From contig NC_092678.1 in the NCBI RefSeq assembly GCF_964355755.1, positions 16,349,881 through 16,413,880 of the forward strand: a stretch of 64,000 bases of DNA, written 5' to 3'. The translations under genes and the position numbers were made by a program. Below, piece after piece: positions 1 to 13,959 of this stretch. Under the pieces are notes generated by a model, which did no database searches, was not told the origin of the DNA, and saw nothing but the letters and a program-made list of their open reading frames with translations. The number at the start of each line of letters is the position of its first letter. Positions within the stretch are counted from its first letter, which is position 1. This stretch comes from Antedon mediterranea. Taxonomy: Eukaryota; Animalia; Echinodermata.

Positions 1-60
1 CGGACGTGAATTTGGACTGCTCTACCTGACCTTTGTACCGAAACGCAAATAGCCTTTGTA
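1..60 (-). promoter_or_regulatory. Upstream/promoter region of an H4 gene lying just left of the window
   Basis: Nearly identical to 12160-12220 and 57226-57285, which lie directly upstream of the two H4 genes. Confidence 0.85.
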
Positions 61-834
61 TATATTTTTGGTGGGAAAAAAGCCTACAAAAACACGGTAC
101 TTTCTCGTTATCTTTTGTCATCAACGTAAACGGAAAGCAGTTGTTTTTGTATTGAATTTTGGTGGGAAATACAAGGTGTTTTTTTTGACAGGCAATTCAG
201 ATTCAGAATCTCTTAGCTTTCTATATACAGTACTGTATTTCCTCCACGGTTTCAACGTATTTATTTTGTCGAAATCAAATTTGTTTCATTGCAGCTGTGT
301 TTGTGCGATATTCGGAAGCGATTCTTCTATATGTTGATAAAAATATATAACAGCAGTTGCATTAATTTCTTTCAAGATATTAAACATTATAAAAGATGTA
401 CAATTTCTTTCATAAACATAATTATATATTATAATATTTACATTTTAAAGATATGCAATTTAGATTAAATAAATAAAATACATATAAAAGTACATTCTTT
501 GATTCTTTAGTATAAACACCTCAGCTTGTATCATATAATGATGACACGAGATAAGGATGATCAAATGTTCAACCTGGTTCATTCAGTAGATTAACTTTTC
601 ATTTGTCAAAATTAAAGGTTCAAACATTTGTTCATAAATTATAATAAATTTTATACAGTTTATGTTAACAGTAATTTACAATCAAATTATACCCGTGTAT
701 ACGGTGAAAGGAATAGCTATCCAATCGAACCTAAAAACAACGTAGGAGGGCGATTAATTGATAATCAACACCAGTTGCATTTAATTAGTTGCATGCACTC
801 AATCAAAGCATCTCAAGATAGTTATGTTTTAATT

Positions 835-2708
835 ATTATTATTATTATTTATTGCCAAAAACCAGTTACAAAAAAACAAAACACAGAAACTAAGGGAGTA
901 GGCAGGAACCTAAAAGTGAACCTAATCACTATAACAAGAGTTCAGGTTCCGTACTCCCAAAGTAACAACAATGATATAAAATAAACTATATAAAAATATT
1001 TAAAAAACAAATAGACGAATCAACAGTGTCAATATAAAATAAACGGATAAAATACATAATAGTCGATTCAACAAAGTCAATATAAAACATGTGATTTAAG
1101 TGAATTTAAAAATATTTGAAAACTGTCTAAAATTAAAGAATTTTTAATCATTTCCGGTAATTCTTCCCACAACCTAGGGAATATATTAATAGCGGAATGA
1201 TGAAGACAATTGGTTCGAGCATAGTGATGAATGAACTTAAGTGTATCAAGGTGACGGCCATTAACAACTAAAGATTGACGAACACTACTACAATCAACCG
1301 TTCCAATAAGTGATTTACAAACAAAGGATAACAGAAGATAATTTCTTCGATTAGATAGTGTAGGCCAATTTAGCTTAGTGAGACGTTCCTCGTATTCCAT
1401 TTCACCTCTTGTTTGTTTAAGGACAAGCCTAGTAGCCCTTCGCTGGACTGCCCCGATACGTTCTGTAAGTTTTTTGGTTCGAGGCAACCACGCTGGGACA
1501 CCATATTCAAATCATCAAATTCAATGAGAGCTTTATAGAGTGAGAAAATAGCTGAAGGGGATGATCCTCCTGCAATACTAGTAATAAAACCCAACATTCG
1601 ATTTGAACGAGAAATAATTAAGTTTACATGGTCATCCCAAGTAAGTTCACTATTAATCGTGACCCCCAGATGACAATGACTAGATACGGATTTAATAGGC
1701 AAGTCATTTATACGATAAACAGGTCTATACTCTTTCCTTGATCTTGTAATGTGGAGAACCTTGGTTTTATTTAAGTTAAGCTCCATTTCATTTAGATCAC
1801 ACCAAGAGGAAAGCCTGATCAGATCGCACTGAAGAACAACTTCATCGTCTACAGTAAATATATTTCTATAAATTATCGTGTCATCGGCAAACAATGCACA
1901 TGGAGAAATAATAGATGAGGGAAGGTCATTTATAAATAAGTTAAAAATAAGGGGTCCAAGTACGCTGCCCTGTGGTATGCCAGAGGTAACTGGGGATGAT
2001 GGGCTAATGGATCCTTGATACAAGACTCTTTGGGAACGTCCCAATAGAAATGACTTGATCCATTTCCAGACATTGCCTCTGATATTAAAGTGGCTAGCCA
2101 GCTTATTTAAAATAATATGGTGAGGCAGTTTATCAAACGCTTTGGCATAGTCGAGAAAGATAACATCAATTCTGGGGGCTTTAGTTTTATCTAGCGAAGA
2201 TGCCCAGGAATGAGTTAGGTTGGTAAGTTGGGTAACACAGGAACGTGAGGGGAAAAACCGTGCTGGACATCAGTAATTGGACAATTATAAGCAACGTGAT
2301 CAGATATACTTGAAAACAGTATTTTTTCAAGCAGTTTCGAACAAATAGGGGTAAGGGATATTGGTCTGTAATTACAAATTGCATTTTTATCACCAGATTT
2401 AAATACAGGAGTGATATGGGACATTTTCCACTTAGCGGGGATTTCCCCCATACGCAGGGACAAGTTAAACAAATTAAATAATGGTGGAGCAATAAATTCG
2501 GAAGCAGATTTCAATATGTATGGATGCACGGAATCAGGACCTAGAGATTTATTAGATGAAAGTCCATTAATCACCTTCTCAACATTGTAGACGTTAAAGT
2601 TAAGTTGAGAAAGTTCAGGGATTGGGACATTACAAACCAGAGGTTCACAGCTGGGAATTATGGGTGAGTTAAAAACAGAAACAAAAAAATCATTAAATGA
2701 TAATTTAA
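835..2708 (-). mobile_element. 5'-truncated non-LTR retrotransposon (CR1/L2/Jockey-group LINE) with a frameshifted RT
   Basis: RT motifs NYRPISLT, GIPQGSVLGP and FADD are split over ORFs 2215-2574, 1370-2044 and 1077-1487. There is a 3'UTR hairpin at 894-958 and AATAAA plus a (TAA)n tail. The element is absent from the equivalent spacer at about 13140. Possible TSD TTAATT (829-834/2709-2714). Confidence 0.9.
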
Positions 2709-2942
2709 TTAATTTAGTATGCTATAATTATTAGGAATCATCTTTTATATACATAACTGTAATATTATGTTCAACTTTTTGCAATTTTTATAACAAAAGC
2801 AAATGATTGCACTATTGTTTCGTAAATGGATTATAAATAAATGTGGTGTATATCCAAATCATCTCGCTATGCATTCATAATATTTTAATAATTCAGTAAA
2901 GACTATACGTGAAAGCAATCAAATCTCTTTAGGATATTTGGT

Positions 2943-2958
2943 GGCTCTGAAAAGAGCC
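2943..2958 (-). terminator. Histone 3' stem-loop (H1)
   Basis: GGCTCTTTTCAGAGCC followed by ACCA and a purine-rich AAAGAGA downstream element. Confidence 0.95.
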
Positions 2959-2986
2959 GTTTGGTTTAAATTTGGGCGTAAATATT

Positions 2987-3553
2987 TTACTTCTTTGCAG
3001 CCGCCTTCTTTGGTGATTTTGAAGCCTTTTTAGTTTTCGGCTTTTTAGGCTTCTTGGTTTTTGGCTTCTTTGCAGGAGATTTAGCCTTAGAAGATGGCTT
3101 CTTTTTCTCCGACTTCTTTGCCTTTTTAGGTGACTTGGTAGCCTTCTTTGCAGCTGGTTTCTTCGCCTTCTTTGCAGCTGGTTTTTTGGTCTTCGTTGCT
3201 TTCTTCTCCTTATCTGTAGCTGCCTTCTTCTTAGCTTTTTCCTTCTTTGCCTTTGCAGCCGCATCAGCTTTTGCTGCAGCCTGGTTTAGCTTGAATGAAC
3301 CACTGGCTCCAGTACCCTTAGGCTGGACCAGTTTGTTGCTCTCGACTCCGCGTTTCAACGCCATACGGAGATGGGTTTTCATGTTGGCGGGATCTACTTT
3401 GTAGTTGGCTAGAATGTACTTAGCAATAGCCTGACGAGATGAACCGTTTCTTTCCTTCAAAGCACCAATTGCTGCCGAAATCATGTCGATGTAAGTAGGG
3501 TGAGCAGCAGGCTTCTTTGCTGCAGCCTTCTTAGTTTTAGTTTTATCAGCCAT
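2987..3553 (-). CDS. H1: Histone H1 (188 aa), copy 1
   Basis: Globular domain (HPTY...GSSRQAI...[10 protein letters not shown]) and a K/A/P-rich tail. First ATG at 3553; stem-loop follows. Confidence 0.95.
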   Translation of the reverse strand: MADKTKTKKAAAKKPAAHPTYIDMISAAIGALKERNGSSRQAIAKYILANYKVDPANMKTHLRMALKRGVESNKLVQPKGTGASGSFKLNQAAAKADAAAKAKKEKAKKKAATDKEKKATKTKKPAAKKAKKPAAKKATKSPKKAKKSEKKKPSSKAKSPAKKPKTKKPKKPKTKKASKSPKKAAAKK

Positions 3554-3634
3554 CTGAGATAGGTAACACACTTTTAGCACGAATCAAATAGCAGGTTAAA
3601 ATATTATGATAAAAGTTCAAAATTGAAAGCTAGC

Positions 3635-3744
3635 TTTATATCGATGTTGCGGACCTATACTAAAGCAACCGTATTGTTTCCCAGACCGCCTTTTTGTGTT
3701 GCAATATTTAAAATGATTTTTACAAATATTGTGTTTGTTATTGG
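3635..3744 (-). promoter_or_regulatory. H1 promoter: TATA, GGTCCGC, H1-box AAACACA, CCAAT
   Basis: TATAAA at about 3635-3640, GTCCGC 3649-3654, AAACACA 3730-3736, CCAAT 3740-3744. Conserved upstream of H1 copy 2. Confidence 0.65.
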
Positions 3745-5163
3745 CTTAATTGTTGCTAAAATAATCAATTAATATTCATATTTTTTCGTTCCTGTTGAAC
3801 TACAATAAATTACAATATATTCTTTTTATATATCCGAGTTTTTAACCGAATATTCGGCTAGGTTACAAACATATATACAGTCAACATGTAAGTTTGTGTT
3901 TTGAAAACCATATTTATTTCACAAAATAATGAAATTGGCAAGAAATTAGAAATATTTTTAAATAAAAAATATTAATATAACAAAATCATTATTATATACT
4001 TAAATACTGAATAGAAATTTAAAAATATATTTCAGTTTTTCTGTTTAGTTTTGAGTCAATAATATCAGTTACTTGAACACAATTGTACTAATCTCATCCA
4101 CTATATATTTTTGACTAAATATTATATTCGGGATATTTCTACTGTATTTAATTCGTACAACTTGGGTACCAAATACATTTTCAAACATGTTTGATATACC
4201 GAAAGATTGAAACTTCTTTTTAGTTGCTTTTTTTTATTTAATACTTTATTTTCTTTGAGATCCAATTACTGTAATTTTTTATCCAGATTGTTGGATTTAA
4301 TATATGTCAACATTATTCAGTAAGTGGGGTTCTTACAACCAAAAATCTGTTCTGAATACAGTGTTAGGGTTTCGGTTTTTTTTAAATATAAAAAAATAGC
4401 ATCTAAATGGTTCGCTAACGTTGAATAAAATAGTTTATTGGTTAGGACATCTATATTTATGTTGTTTGAATATTTTCTCATTCTCACAGATTTCCTCATC
4501 TCTTTATCGTTGAAATTAATTTATCAAACAATTTATAAAAACAATGTCAATCGATTATATATTTTAAAGTGTAACATTCACCAGGTTCACCGATTTTAGA
4601 TAAGTTCAGTGGTTTTTATAAAGACACTTAAATATCATGGAGTTGGTACACATACATAATTCCAGACTCATTAAATAAGTTCAACAGAGTATTTAGTACA
4701 ATTCCCTTTAACACATGAGTTGCCATTTAATACCATACTTTTTGGAGGTCTGAAATTTATGAATGATACATGAACTATATTTGTTAAATAAACTATACAG
4801 AAAAATAAAGGATTAAAAATAGATTTTATGGATTAAATCTATTCTTCAAAAATGGGAGCAGACAAAACACATGAAAACAGCAACAAGTTAGAAAATAGGC
4901 AAACTTCAAATCAAACTTGTCATTATATTATATAGACAAATCATGGAAAGAGAAATGCCAATGGTAAATCAATGAGGCCGGATAACCTATATTATTGGCT
5001 TATTGGTGAAAACATTGTTTGAAACGATTCAATTGTGTAATCATGGATTCATGGTATTTAAAAAACAAAAAAAGAAACTCAGTTTTTTGTTAAAAGCAAA
5101 TAAAATAGTTTATACATTTCATTTACCGGTTTAGCTAATAAAATCTCTTTTGGGACATGTGGT

Positions 5164-5179
5164 GGCTCTGAAAAGAGCC
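5164..5179 (-). terminator. Histone 3' stem-loop (H2B)
   Basis: GGCTCTTTTCAGAGCC plus a downstream AAAGAGA. Confidence 0.95.
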
Positions 5180-5208
5180 GTTTGGTTTGAGATTCAGCAA
5201 AATGATGT

Positions 5209-5577
5209 TTACTTGGAGCTGGTGTATTTGGTGACAGCCTTGGTACCCTCAGAGACAGCATGCTTAGCCAATTCACCAGGAAGCAATAGACGGACAGCGG
5301 TCTGGACTTCCCTGCTGGTGATGGTCGATTTCTTGTTGTAGTGAGCAAGACGAGATGCTTCTCCTGCAATACGTTCGAAGATGTCATTGACGAAACTGTT
5401 CATGATTCCCATGGCTCTGCTGGAGATACCAGTGTCTGGGTGAACTTGCTTCAACACCTTGTAGATGTAGATGCTGTAGCTTTCCTTTCGCTTACGTTTC
5501 CTCTTCTTGTCAGTAGTTCTTACAGCCTTAGCCTTACCGGCTTTCTTGGCAGCTTTTCCTGAAGTTTTTGGTGGCAT
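5209..5577 (-). CDS. H2B: Histone H2B, copy 1
   Basis: Canonical H2B sequence ([23 protein letters not shown]...[10 protein letters not shown]). Confidence 0.98.
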   Translation of the reverse strand: MPPKTSGKAAKKAGKAKAVRTTDKKRKRKRKESYSIYIYKVLKQVHPDTGISSRAMGIMNSFVNDIFERIAGEASRLAHYNKKSTITSREVQTAVRLLLPGELAKHAVSEGTKAVTKYTSSK

Positions 5578-5640
5578 GATTTTAGTAACTACGATACGAC
5601 GAGTAAAGTAATCAAGTGAAGATTTTCATATCGCCCAGTG

Positions 5641-5708
5641 TATTTATAGAGTTTGATATGCAAATGTGGTTTTCCAGTTAGGCTCGCTTGTCGACGCCAT
5701 TCAATTGG
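5641..5708 (-). promoter_or_regulatory. H2B promoter: TATA, octamer ATTTGCAT, CCAAT
   Basis: TATAAATA 5641-5648, octamer 5658-5665 (the classic H2B element), CCAAT 5704-5708. Confidence 0.75.
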
Positions 5709-6160
5709 TTGTTGACTGCGCGCAATTTATTGAATGTACAAAACAAAAGCTTACTTGTTCTTTGTTAACATTTGGAGGGAAGAAGACAAGTAAAACACCT
5801 TATCTTTTTACAGTACTGTATTGAGTATTTGTAATTTTTGTATGTATGCTTCATTTTGTACCTACCACCAATACAATGGTGTACTTTACGAACACAAAAG
5901 GTAGGATAAAAATTGAAAATGTACCTCACAATGTGAACTATTTGGTGTATATTGTAATAAATAATCTGATATTTTGTCCTTACATAACATAAATACAGTA
6001 CAACTTCAAGTGGTTTTTCAATATATTAATATAAAATAATATCAATCAATTGAAAAAATAATTTTTTTATATAACAAAAAAATGTTTAGTAAATCGTTTT
6101 TAATAATGTATGAAAACAACCAGTACATTTATTTTATTCTTATGTGCGTGTTTAATAAAA

Positions 6161-6922
6161 CGCCGTGGCTAAAGATACGGTACCGTATTCTAACTTCTGT
6201 TTACTAAAGGTACGGTAAAATTGCATTACGTCATAACCAGCCAATGGGGTGCTGGTACGTGTGTGACGTCATCGTATAAGGACTTCGTGGATTTTTTTCA
6301 TATCGCGAAAACAGTGATCAACCGCATTTTCTTTATGCTTCATTCATCGCTATTATCGCCGTCGTGTGTGAAAAAAACTAAATGTAGCCTACGTCTGTTA
6401 TTATTATTGAAAAGCCAAAACATTGATTTTAATTCTAGAAAACCGTTTCAACAGAGGCCTAGGCCTACTTACTACGTACTATAACCTCATGAGTTTGTTT
6501 GTGTAGTAGGGAAAGCGATGCCAGGCTGGAGCCAGCTGCATGTGTGCGCTGCTTTCTGTGACTCGTCAGCCCTGGGGCTACTGTCTAAATTATAGTATTT
6601 GAGGGCCCCTTTATTGTCCGCATTTGCTTGTTGTTTATGGTCACCATTGTAAACAAAGTTTAATAAAAAATTATTATAGGCCTAAATAGGCCATTTGGAA
6701 TAAAAATAAAACCCTCATCTGCAGCGCACACACATCCACGCAGCCTGGCGCCGCCGATAGGAATTCTCTACATATACAACAGACGCGATATGAAAAAAAG
6801 TCCTTATACGATGACGTCACACACGTACCAGCACTCCATTGGCTGATTATGACGTAATGCAATTTTACCGTACCTTTAGTAAACAGAAGTTAGAATACGG
6901 TACCGTATCTTTAGCCACGGCG
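6161..6922. mobile_element. MITE with ~140-bp TIRs (CGCCGTGG...), probably Mutator-like
   Basis: Long terminal inverted repeats and a 9-bp TSD TTAATAAAA. The empty site is visible at about 51261-51269 in the second histone repeat. Confidence 0.9.
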
Positions 6923-7491
6923 TTAATAAAATGGTGTGGTACGTCATTCATTTTAAAATACCTGTAGTAACAAATGTAATTCTCATCCCGAATACTGTAT
7001 AGTACATGTACAAATAATTTCAAGAGGTGGAAAATGAAAGGTTGTACAGTACATGTATTATTATTACAGTAGAGCAACAAGGCAAACATCAAACTAAACT
7101 TTCTAGAAAGGCCATCAGCCTTCATTGCAAAGTTCACATTCATGTTGATTCGCTTTAACTGTCTGTAGTACTTTGTGTATTTTATATGTAAACTGACTTT
7201 GGGGTTGGGTTAACCAACTCAGCTATAGAGTGAGTGATTATAGACGGAATAAAAAACTAAATGAAAGTTATAATTTATATAGACAATTCATGAGAAAAAA
7301 AATTGCAATTACAGTAGTAAGTATACTTAATGTATGTACTGTATTTTTACCTGTTTTTCATATTAGATTATAATGTAGGCCTATCAGTTTATATACTAAG
7401 CTTGACTTGATGTATATTAAATATTATATGGTAGAGAAACACAACAAATAAAGTAGACAATTGCTAATTTAATCTCTTTTGTACATATTGT

Positions 7492-7507
7492 GGCTCTGAA
7501 AAGAGCC
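7492..7507 (-). terminator. Histone 3' stem-loop (H3)
   Basis: GGCTCTTTTCAGAGCC. Confidence 0.95.
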
Positions 7508-7535
7508 TTTTGGTTTGACAAAACGGAGAATTGTC

Positions 7536-7955
<420 letters not shown>

Positions 7956-8950
7956 TCAACTAATAAAATTGATATCAAAATTGTTTAAATTCTTGCGTTT
8001 ATATAAGGACCTGTGTTTGCAAGGGTAATTAACTACAAGCAATACGATTGGCTAAATGGAAACTTGTGTTTCTTTGTTATATTCAATCAGCAATCAAGTG
8101 ATTGGCTAAATTTTACTGTTTAGAACACGTCCGCAGTTTCGTTTTCAATAATGTGGCGGGGGTTCCACAGATTAACAAAACGAATTCTATTGGTTGAAAT
8201 CTGTGGCTAAGAACACGTCCGGAGCTCACCAAAATATTGCGCCTTTTTTGTTTTTTTTATTTGCAGAATTTATTAAACTGCATAATGGCCTTTTAAAGTG
8301 TGATTTTATTAATCTTCATTTTTTATGTTTTTTGGGGATGAGTTATTTTGTATTTTAGGCCTCTGCTATCTGATAATAATGTAGAAATTAAAAAAAAACC
8401 TTTGATATATCCATTTTTCTATTTATTTTTAAATCAGGCCCATATCTTTGCATTTTTTATCCAAACAATGATGCATCTCTTTTTATATTTAATTCATTGT
8501 TTGTTGCAAACATGTCACTCTTCTTTGTGTAATCGATTCTGTTTTATGCAACTACAGTATTTATTTCTACAATGTTTACAAAATATGATATAGCCTATAC
8601 AGGGGTTCATGTGTATAATAATAAGTGTAAGCATGGATTTAATCCATGCTTACACTTAAGTAATTAGAAACGTGGTTTATTTTGTGTGTTAAAAGTGAAC
8701 ATTTCATACGTACTTTCTATGTTCTATATAATATGGAAATATATATCTATCCATTATAATAGTACTGTAAATGATGTTAAGTCGAGGATAATAAATAATA
8801 CACACTACAAGAAACTTTTTGTCTAATTTGATGGTGAAAGCAAAATATTGAAATAACCCCAATTTACACATAAATTAGCTTTTTGGTGTTAAGTACCGTG
8901 TTGTTATATTGTTACTTTGTGCTAATTCAATTTCTTTTGGACAAAATGGT

Positions 8951-8966
8951 GGCTCTGAAAAGAGCC
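8951..8966 (-). terminator. Histone 3' stem-loop (H2A)
   Basis: GGCTCTTTTCAGAGCC. Confidence 0.95.
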
Positions 8967-8999
8967 GTTTGGTTTGAGAATGCGGTAAGCAATACGAAT

Positions 9000-9389
<390 letters not shown>

Positions 9390-9755
9390 CTAATTGTATT
9401 TCGGTATATTCGATAATAATGAAGATTCAAACAGTACCTGGTGTTTTATAGCCACCTGTGGTTCGCCCTACGGAAATCTTGTACTGATGTGACCAATCAC
9501 GGTCGTCCGCGCTGTAGGCGGTAATCGCTTCTATTGTGTTGTTCTATTGGGTAGACGTTCTTTGTTATTTTGGCGCAAATTTACAAAATATCATCACAAC
9601 AGTTATTTGTTATACAGTACTGTATACAATACATACAAATACTGTACATTCATAATATTTAGCAGCAGGAAAAAAGTAACATTTTCAGCTGATTTGCACT
9701 TTTTTATATTACAATAAAAAATAAACACATTATAAATTTAACAACGGTTAAATTT

Positions 9756-10097
9756 CAAGTTAAAAAAACATTTATTTAATCAACAATGGCATTATACAGT
9801 ATAATATAATTATAGGTAGTACATAAATGAAAACATAGTAATAAGCCATCATTTGGGGTCTTCTCTAGAAGAAAACAAGTTTCTTGTCTCGAGAAAGACC
9901 CCAGAAACAATACACATACATTTAAACTAATATAATTTACTACTAAATAATAAATAAAAACAAAAACGATGAAATAAAAATAGATAACTTTCAGTGTACT
10001 ACAATCATAATAATATTAAAATTAGTATAAAGAAATAAGATACTTTTTAAAATTTTTACGAAAAGTATAAAGAGATTTAAAATGCTTTAGTTTAAAT
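9756..10097 (-). mobile_element. Severely 5'-truncated LINE 3' end
   Basis: Absent at about 55740 in repeat 2; TSD TTAAATTT. The minus strand reads LKHFKSLYTFRKNFKKYLISLY*, resembling a LINE ORF2 C-terminus. It also has a 3'UTR hairpin at 9854-9903 and AATAAA. Confidence 0.7.
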
Positions 10098-11711
10098 TTA
10101 AATTTGAATTCATCGTAACATTTTAATCTGTAAATTTGAAAAACAATAAAGTAAATTGACATTTATAAAACAATTTTTTTCATAAATGTAATACTGTATA
10201 AGAGACCAGTTAAAAATATCCAAAATTCAACCTGATCCTACCAAAGTACATAATACTACTGTATTACAAAGTACCTTATCGATTTTATGCTCACATAAAT
10301 AATGATTAACCTGGGTAATAAATATTAACTATCCCGCACTGAAACAATTACAAGCATGTACTTTTATGAACATTTGGCAAACACCATGCATAGCTTCTTA
10401 AAAATGTCTTATATTAAATAACATTGTGAAAGAGTCCAAATTATATTTGTTATACAATAACAATATTATATAGGCCAATGTGAACATGAGCATCATGATG
10501 TAATTATATTGTTAAAATATGTTTTCGGATACTCAGATAATTTACTTGATGAAGAGTGTAAAATAGTAAAATAGTGTGAAAATATTTTGGATAGTTTTTA
10601 TAAAAGATACCTAAAAAGAGCATGGAAATTTCGAAATGCTATCTACTTTGCTACATTAAGTAAATTGAAAAGGAGTGGGGAGGAGGTTGGTGGGTTTTCG
10701 TAATAAGTTGTGTTTATCAGTGGATTTTATTTAATACACTTTTACTACAGTATATTTAGTTTTGTATTCATTTGTGTAAAGTAATGATCTACTGTATGTA
10801 TCGATTTAAATTGAGGGATTGGTGGGGGAAGAGGGGTAGGATAGGGGTTGATAGTTGTTTGTTTTTGCCTTTATTTTATACTTTTCTATATATAATTAAT
10901 TGTTAAATTGTTATTGTGAAGGATGCACCGTTGTGCTAAGTGTGCCATCGATCTAAAGGTGTAATTCCAAATAAATTGTTTGCATGGTGAAATCAAATGT
11001 TGATATAATAGTACCGTATTTATTGACAAAACGGCCTGGGCTGTTTATTGTTTAGGTGGTTTTTAGGTGGACATTTATTGGAAGAAAGTTGTTTATTCAA
11101 TGGGAGGGGGTCTAATCTAATGGAAATAGACGCCGATTATTCCATATGATGTTTCATGGGAGTGACATTATCACCGTTTATTTGAAGGGAATTTATTTAA
11201 AGATCGCCGTTTATTCGGTGAGTGAACATTGAGGTCAAATATCAAAAGTGATATTATTCTTCAAGTGTACAAAAATACATATATGACAAATTTGAGACAA
11301 AAATTAATTCTTTTAAGACCAGTGGTTATCGAAGCATTGTCCTGACGCAAAAATTATTATTATTATTAGCGAACCCAGTCTTTACAGTAAATACAGGGAG
11401 TACTATATAATACGTTCGACTATCCTATGATCATGTGTGACAATCTTCAGTTTAAACCAGGCTATATTTATGTTCAATCTTTTACTTTTGTTTACAATAA
11501 TAATGAATAGTAATTCGTCAAAGTAACGAATTAAAATATAGTTATTAATTCCTATTATACACTGTTGCAGAGTCAGGTTGTTGAATGGTCTGGGTGGTAT
11601 CAATTGTAATGGCTAATGTGAACATGATGTAGATTCACGTTGTGAATCAATGTTGATTTGGATTATTCATATTATAGATATTAGCAAACAAATCTCTTTT
11701 GCACATGTGGT

Positions 11712-11727
11712 GGCTCTGAAAAGAGCC
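11712..11727 (-). terminator. Histone 3' stem-loop (H4)
   Basis: GGCTCTTTTCAGAGCC. Confidence 0.95.
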
Positions 11728-11761
11728 GTTTGGTTTGAAATGTGTTGAACTGTATAACTGC

Positions 11762-12115
<354 letters not shown>

Positions 12116-12690
12116 TTATGCTAACCGTTTTGAAAATAGACGTAGTTATATAGCAAATGCGGACGTGAATTTGGACTGCTCTACCTGACCTTTGTACCAA
12201 AACGCAAATAGCCTTTGGATTTAGTTTTGGTGGGAAATACAATAACACTGTACTTTCTCGTTATTTTTTGTCTACGTATAAACGGAAAGCAGTTGTTTTT
12301 GTATTGAATTTTGGTGGGAAATACAAAGTGGGTTTTTTGACTGGCATTTCAGATTCAGATACTGTATTTCCTCCACGGTTCAACGCATTGATTTTGTCCA
12401 AAATTCATTGCAACTGTGTTTGTGTGATATTCGGAAGCGATTCTTCTATTTATATTGATAAAAATATATAACACCAGTTGCATTAATTTCTTTCAAGATA
12501 TTAAACATTATAAAAGATGTACAATTTCTTTCATAAACATAATTATATATTATAATATTTACATTTTAAAGATATACAATTTAGATTAAATAAATAAAAT
12601 AGATATAAAAGTACATTCTTTGATTCTTTAGTATAAACACCTCAGCTTGTATCATATAATGATGACACGAGATGAGGATGATCAAATGTT

Positions 12691-12878
12691 ATATGATAAA
12701 CAATAAAAGCAATTGATTTTGTATTTTTGTGAAATATAAAAGTTGGTTTTTCTTTGTCATGCATTCCTGAAGATGAACAAATAAAGTTCGAAATATTGAA
12801 TCATAACATGTGTTGCCTCATTTTATCGTCGTTTGTTTTATATTGTCATAAATAAAAATATTAGTTGAACCTCCAGTT
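12691..12878 (+). mobile_element. Probable solo Penelope-like pLTR fragment containing a minimal hammerhead ribozyme motif
   Basis: A 188-bp segment absent from the homologous spacer at about 569. It contains ATTC-CTGAAGA-T-GAAC/GTTC-GAAA-TATT-GAAT (12763-12801) and a downstream AATAAA. Confidence 0.5.
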
Positions 12879-13339
12879 CAACCTGGTTCATTCAGTAGAT
12901 TAACTTTTCATTTGTCGAAATTAAAGGTTCAAACATTTGTTCATAAATTATAATAAATTTTATACAGTTTATGTTAACAGTAATTTACAATCAAATTATA
13001 CCCGTCTGTATAAGGTGAAAGGAATAGCTATCCAATCGAACCTAAAAACAACGTAGGAGGGCGATTAATTGATAATCAACACCAGTTGCATTTAATTAGT
13101 TGCATGCACTCAATCAAAGCATCTCAAGATAGTTATGTTTTAATTTAGTATGCTATAATTATTAGGAATCATCTTTTATATACATAACTGTAATATTATG
13201 TTCAACTTTTTGCAATTTTTATAACAAAAGCAAAAAAATGTGGTGTATATCCAAATCATCTCGCTATGCATTCATTATATTTTATTAATTCAGTAAAGAC
13301 TATACGTGAAAGCAATCAAATCTCTTTAGGATATTTGGT

Positions 13340-13355
13340 GGCTCTGAAAAGAGCC
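13340..13355 (-). terminator. Histone 3' stem-loop (H1)
   Basis: GGCTCTTTTCAGAGCC. Confidence 0.95.
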
Positions 13356-13383
13356 GTTTGGTTTAAATTTGGTCGTAAATATT

Positions 13384-13959
13384 TTACTTCTTTGCAGCCG
13401 CCTTCTTTGGTGATTTTGAAGCCTTTTTAGCTTTCGGCTTTTTAGGCTTCTTGGTCTTTGGCTTCTTTGCAGGAGATTTAGCCTTCTTAGGCTTAGAAGA
13501 TGGCTTCTTTTTCTCCGACTTCTTTGCCTTTTTAGGTGACTTGGTAGCCTTCTTTGCAGCTGGTTTCTTTGCCTTCTTTGCAGCTGGTTTTTTGGTCTTT
13601 GTTGCTTTCTTCTCCTTATCTGAAGCTGCCTTCTTCTTAGCTTTTTCCTTCTTTGCCTTTGCAGCCGCATCAGCTTTTGCTGCAGCCTGGTTTAGCTTGA
13701 ATGAACCACTGGCTCCAGTACCCTTAGGCTGGACTAGTTTGTTGCTCTCGACTCCGCGTTTCAACGCCATACGGAGATGGGTTTTCATGTTGGCAGGATC
13801 TACTTTGTAGTTGGCTAGAATGTACTTAGCAATAGCCTGACGAGATGAACCGTTTCTTTCCTTCAAAGCACCAATTGCTGCCGAAATCATGTCGATGTAA
13901 GTAGGGTGAGCAGCAGGCTTCTTTGCTGCAGCCTTCTTAGTTTTAGTTTTATCAGCCAT
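13384..13959 (-). CDS. H1: Histone H1 (191 aa), copy 2
   Basis: Near-identical to copy 1 with 3 extra tail residues (PKK); ATG at 13959. Confidence 0.95.
   Translation of the reverse strand: MADKTKTKKAAAKKPAAHPTYIDMISAAIGALKERNGSSRQAIAKYILANYKVDPANMKTHLRMALKRGVESNKLVQPKGTGASGSFKLNQAAAKADAAAKAKKEKAKKKAASDKEKKATKTKKPAAKKAKKPAAKKATKSPKKAKKSEKKKPSSKPKKAKSPAKKPKTKKPKKPKAKKASKSPKKAAAKK

Noticed and set aside
3054-3404. Antisense and alternative-frame ORFs overlapping histone genes (also 5341-5562, 7716-7988, 9126-9416, 11792-12091 and copies)
   Set aside because: Shadow ORFs arising from histone codon composition.
3554-3580. N-terminal extensions of H1 (MLKVCYLSQ) and H4 (MNIYK) in the ORF track
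   Set aside because: They start at GTG/TTG, an artefact of the ORF caller. The true starts are the downstream ATGs.
11008-11598. Copy-specific segment with TACCGTATTTATT / CGTTTATT repeats resembling a decayed Tc1/mariner-type MITE
   Set aside because: No clear paired TIR or TSD, and repeat 2 has different sequence rather than a clean empty site, so boundaries cannot be supported.
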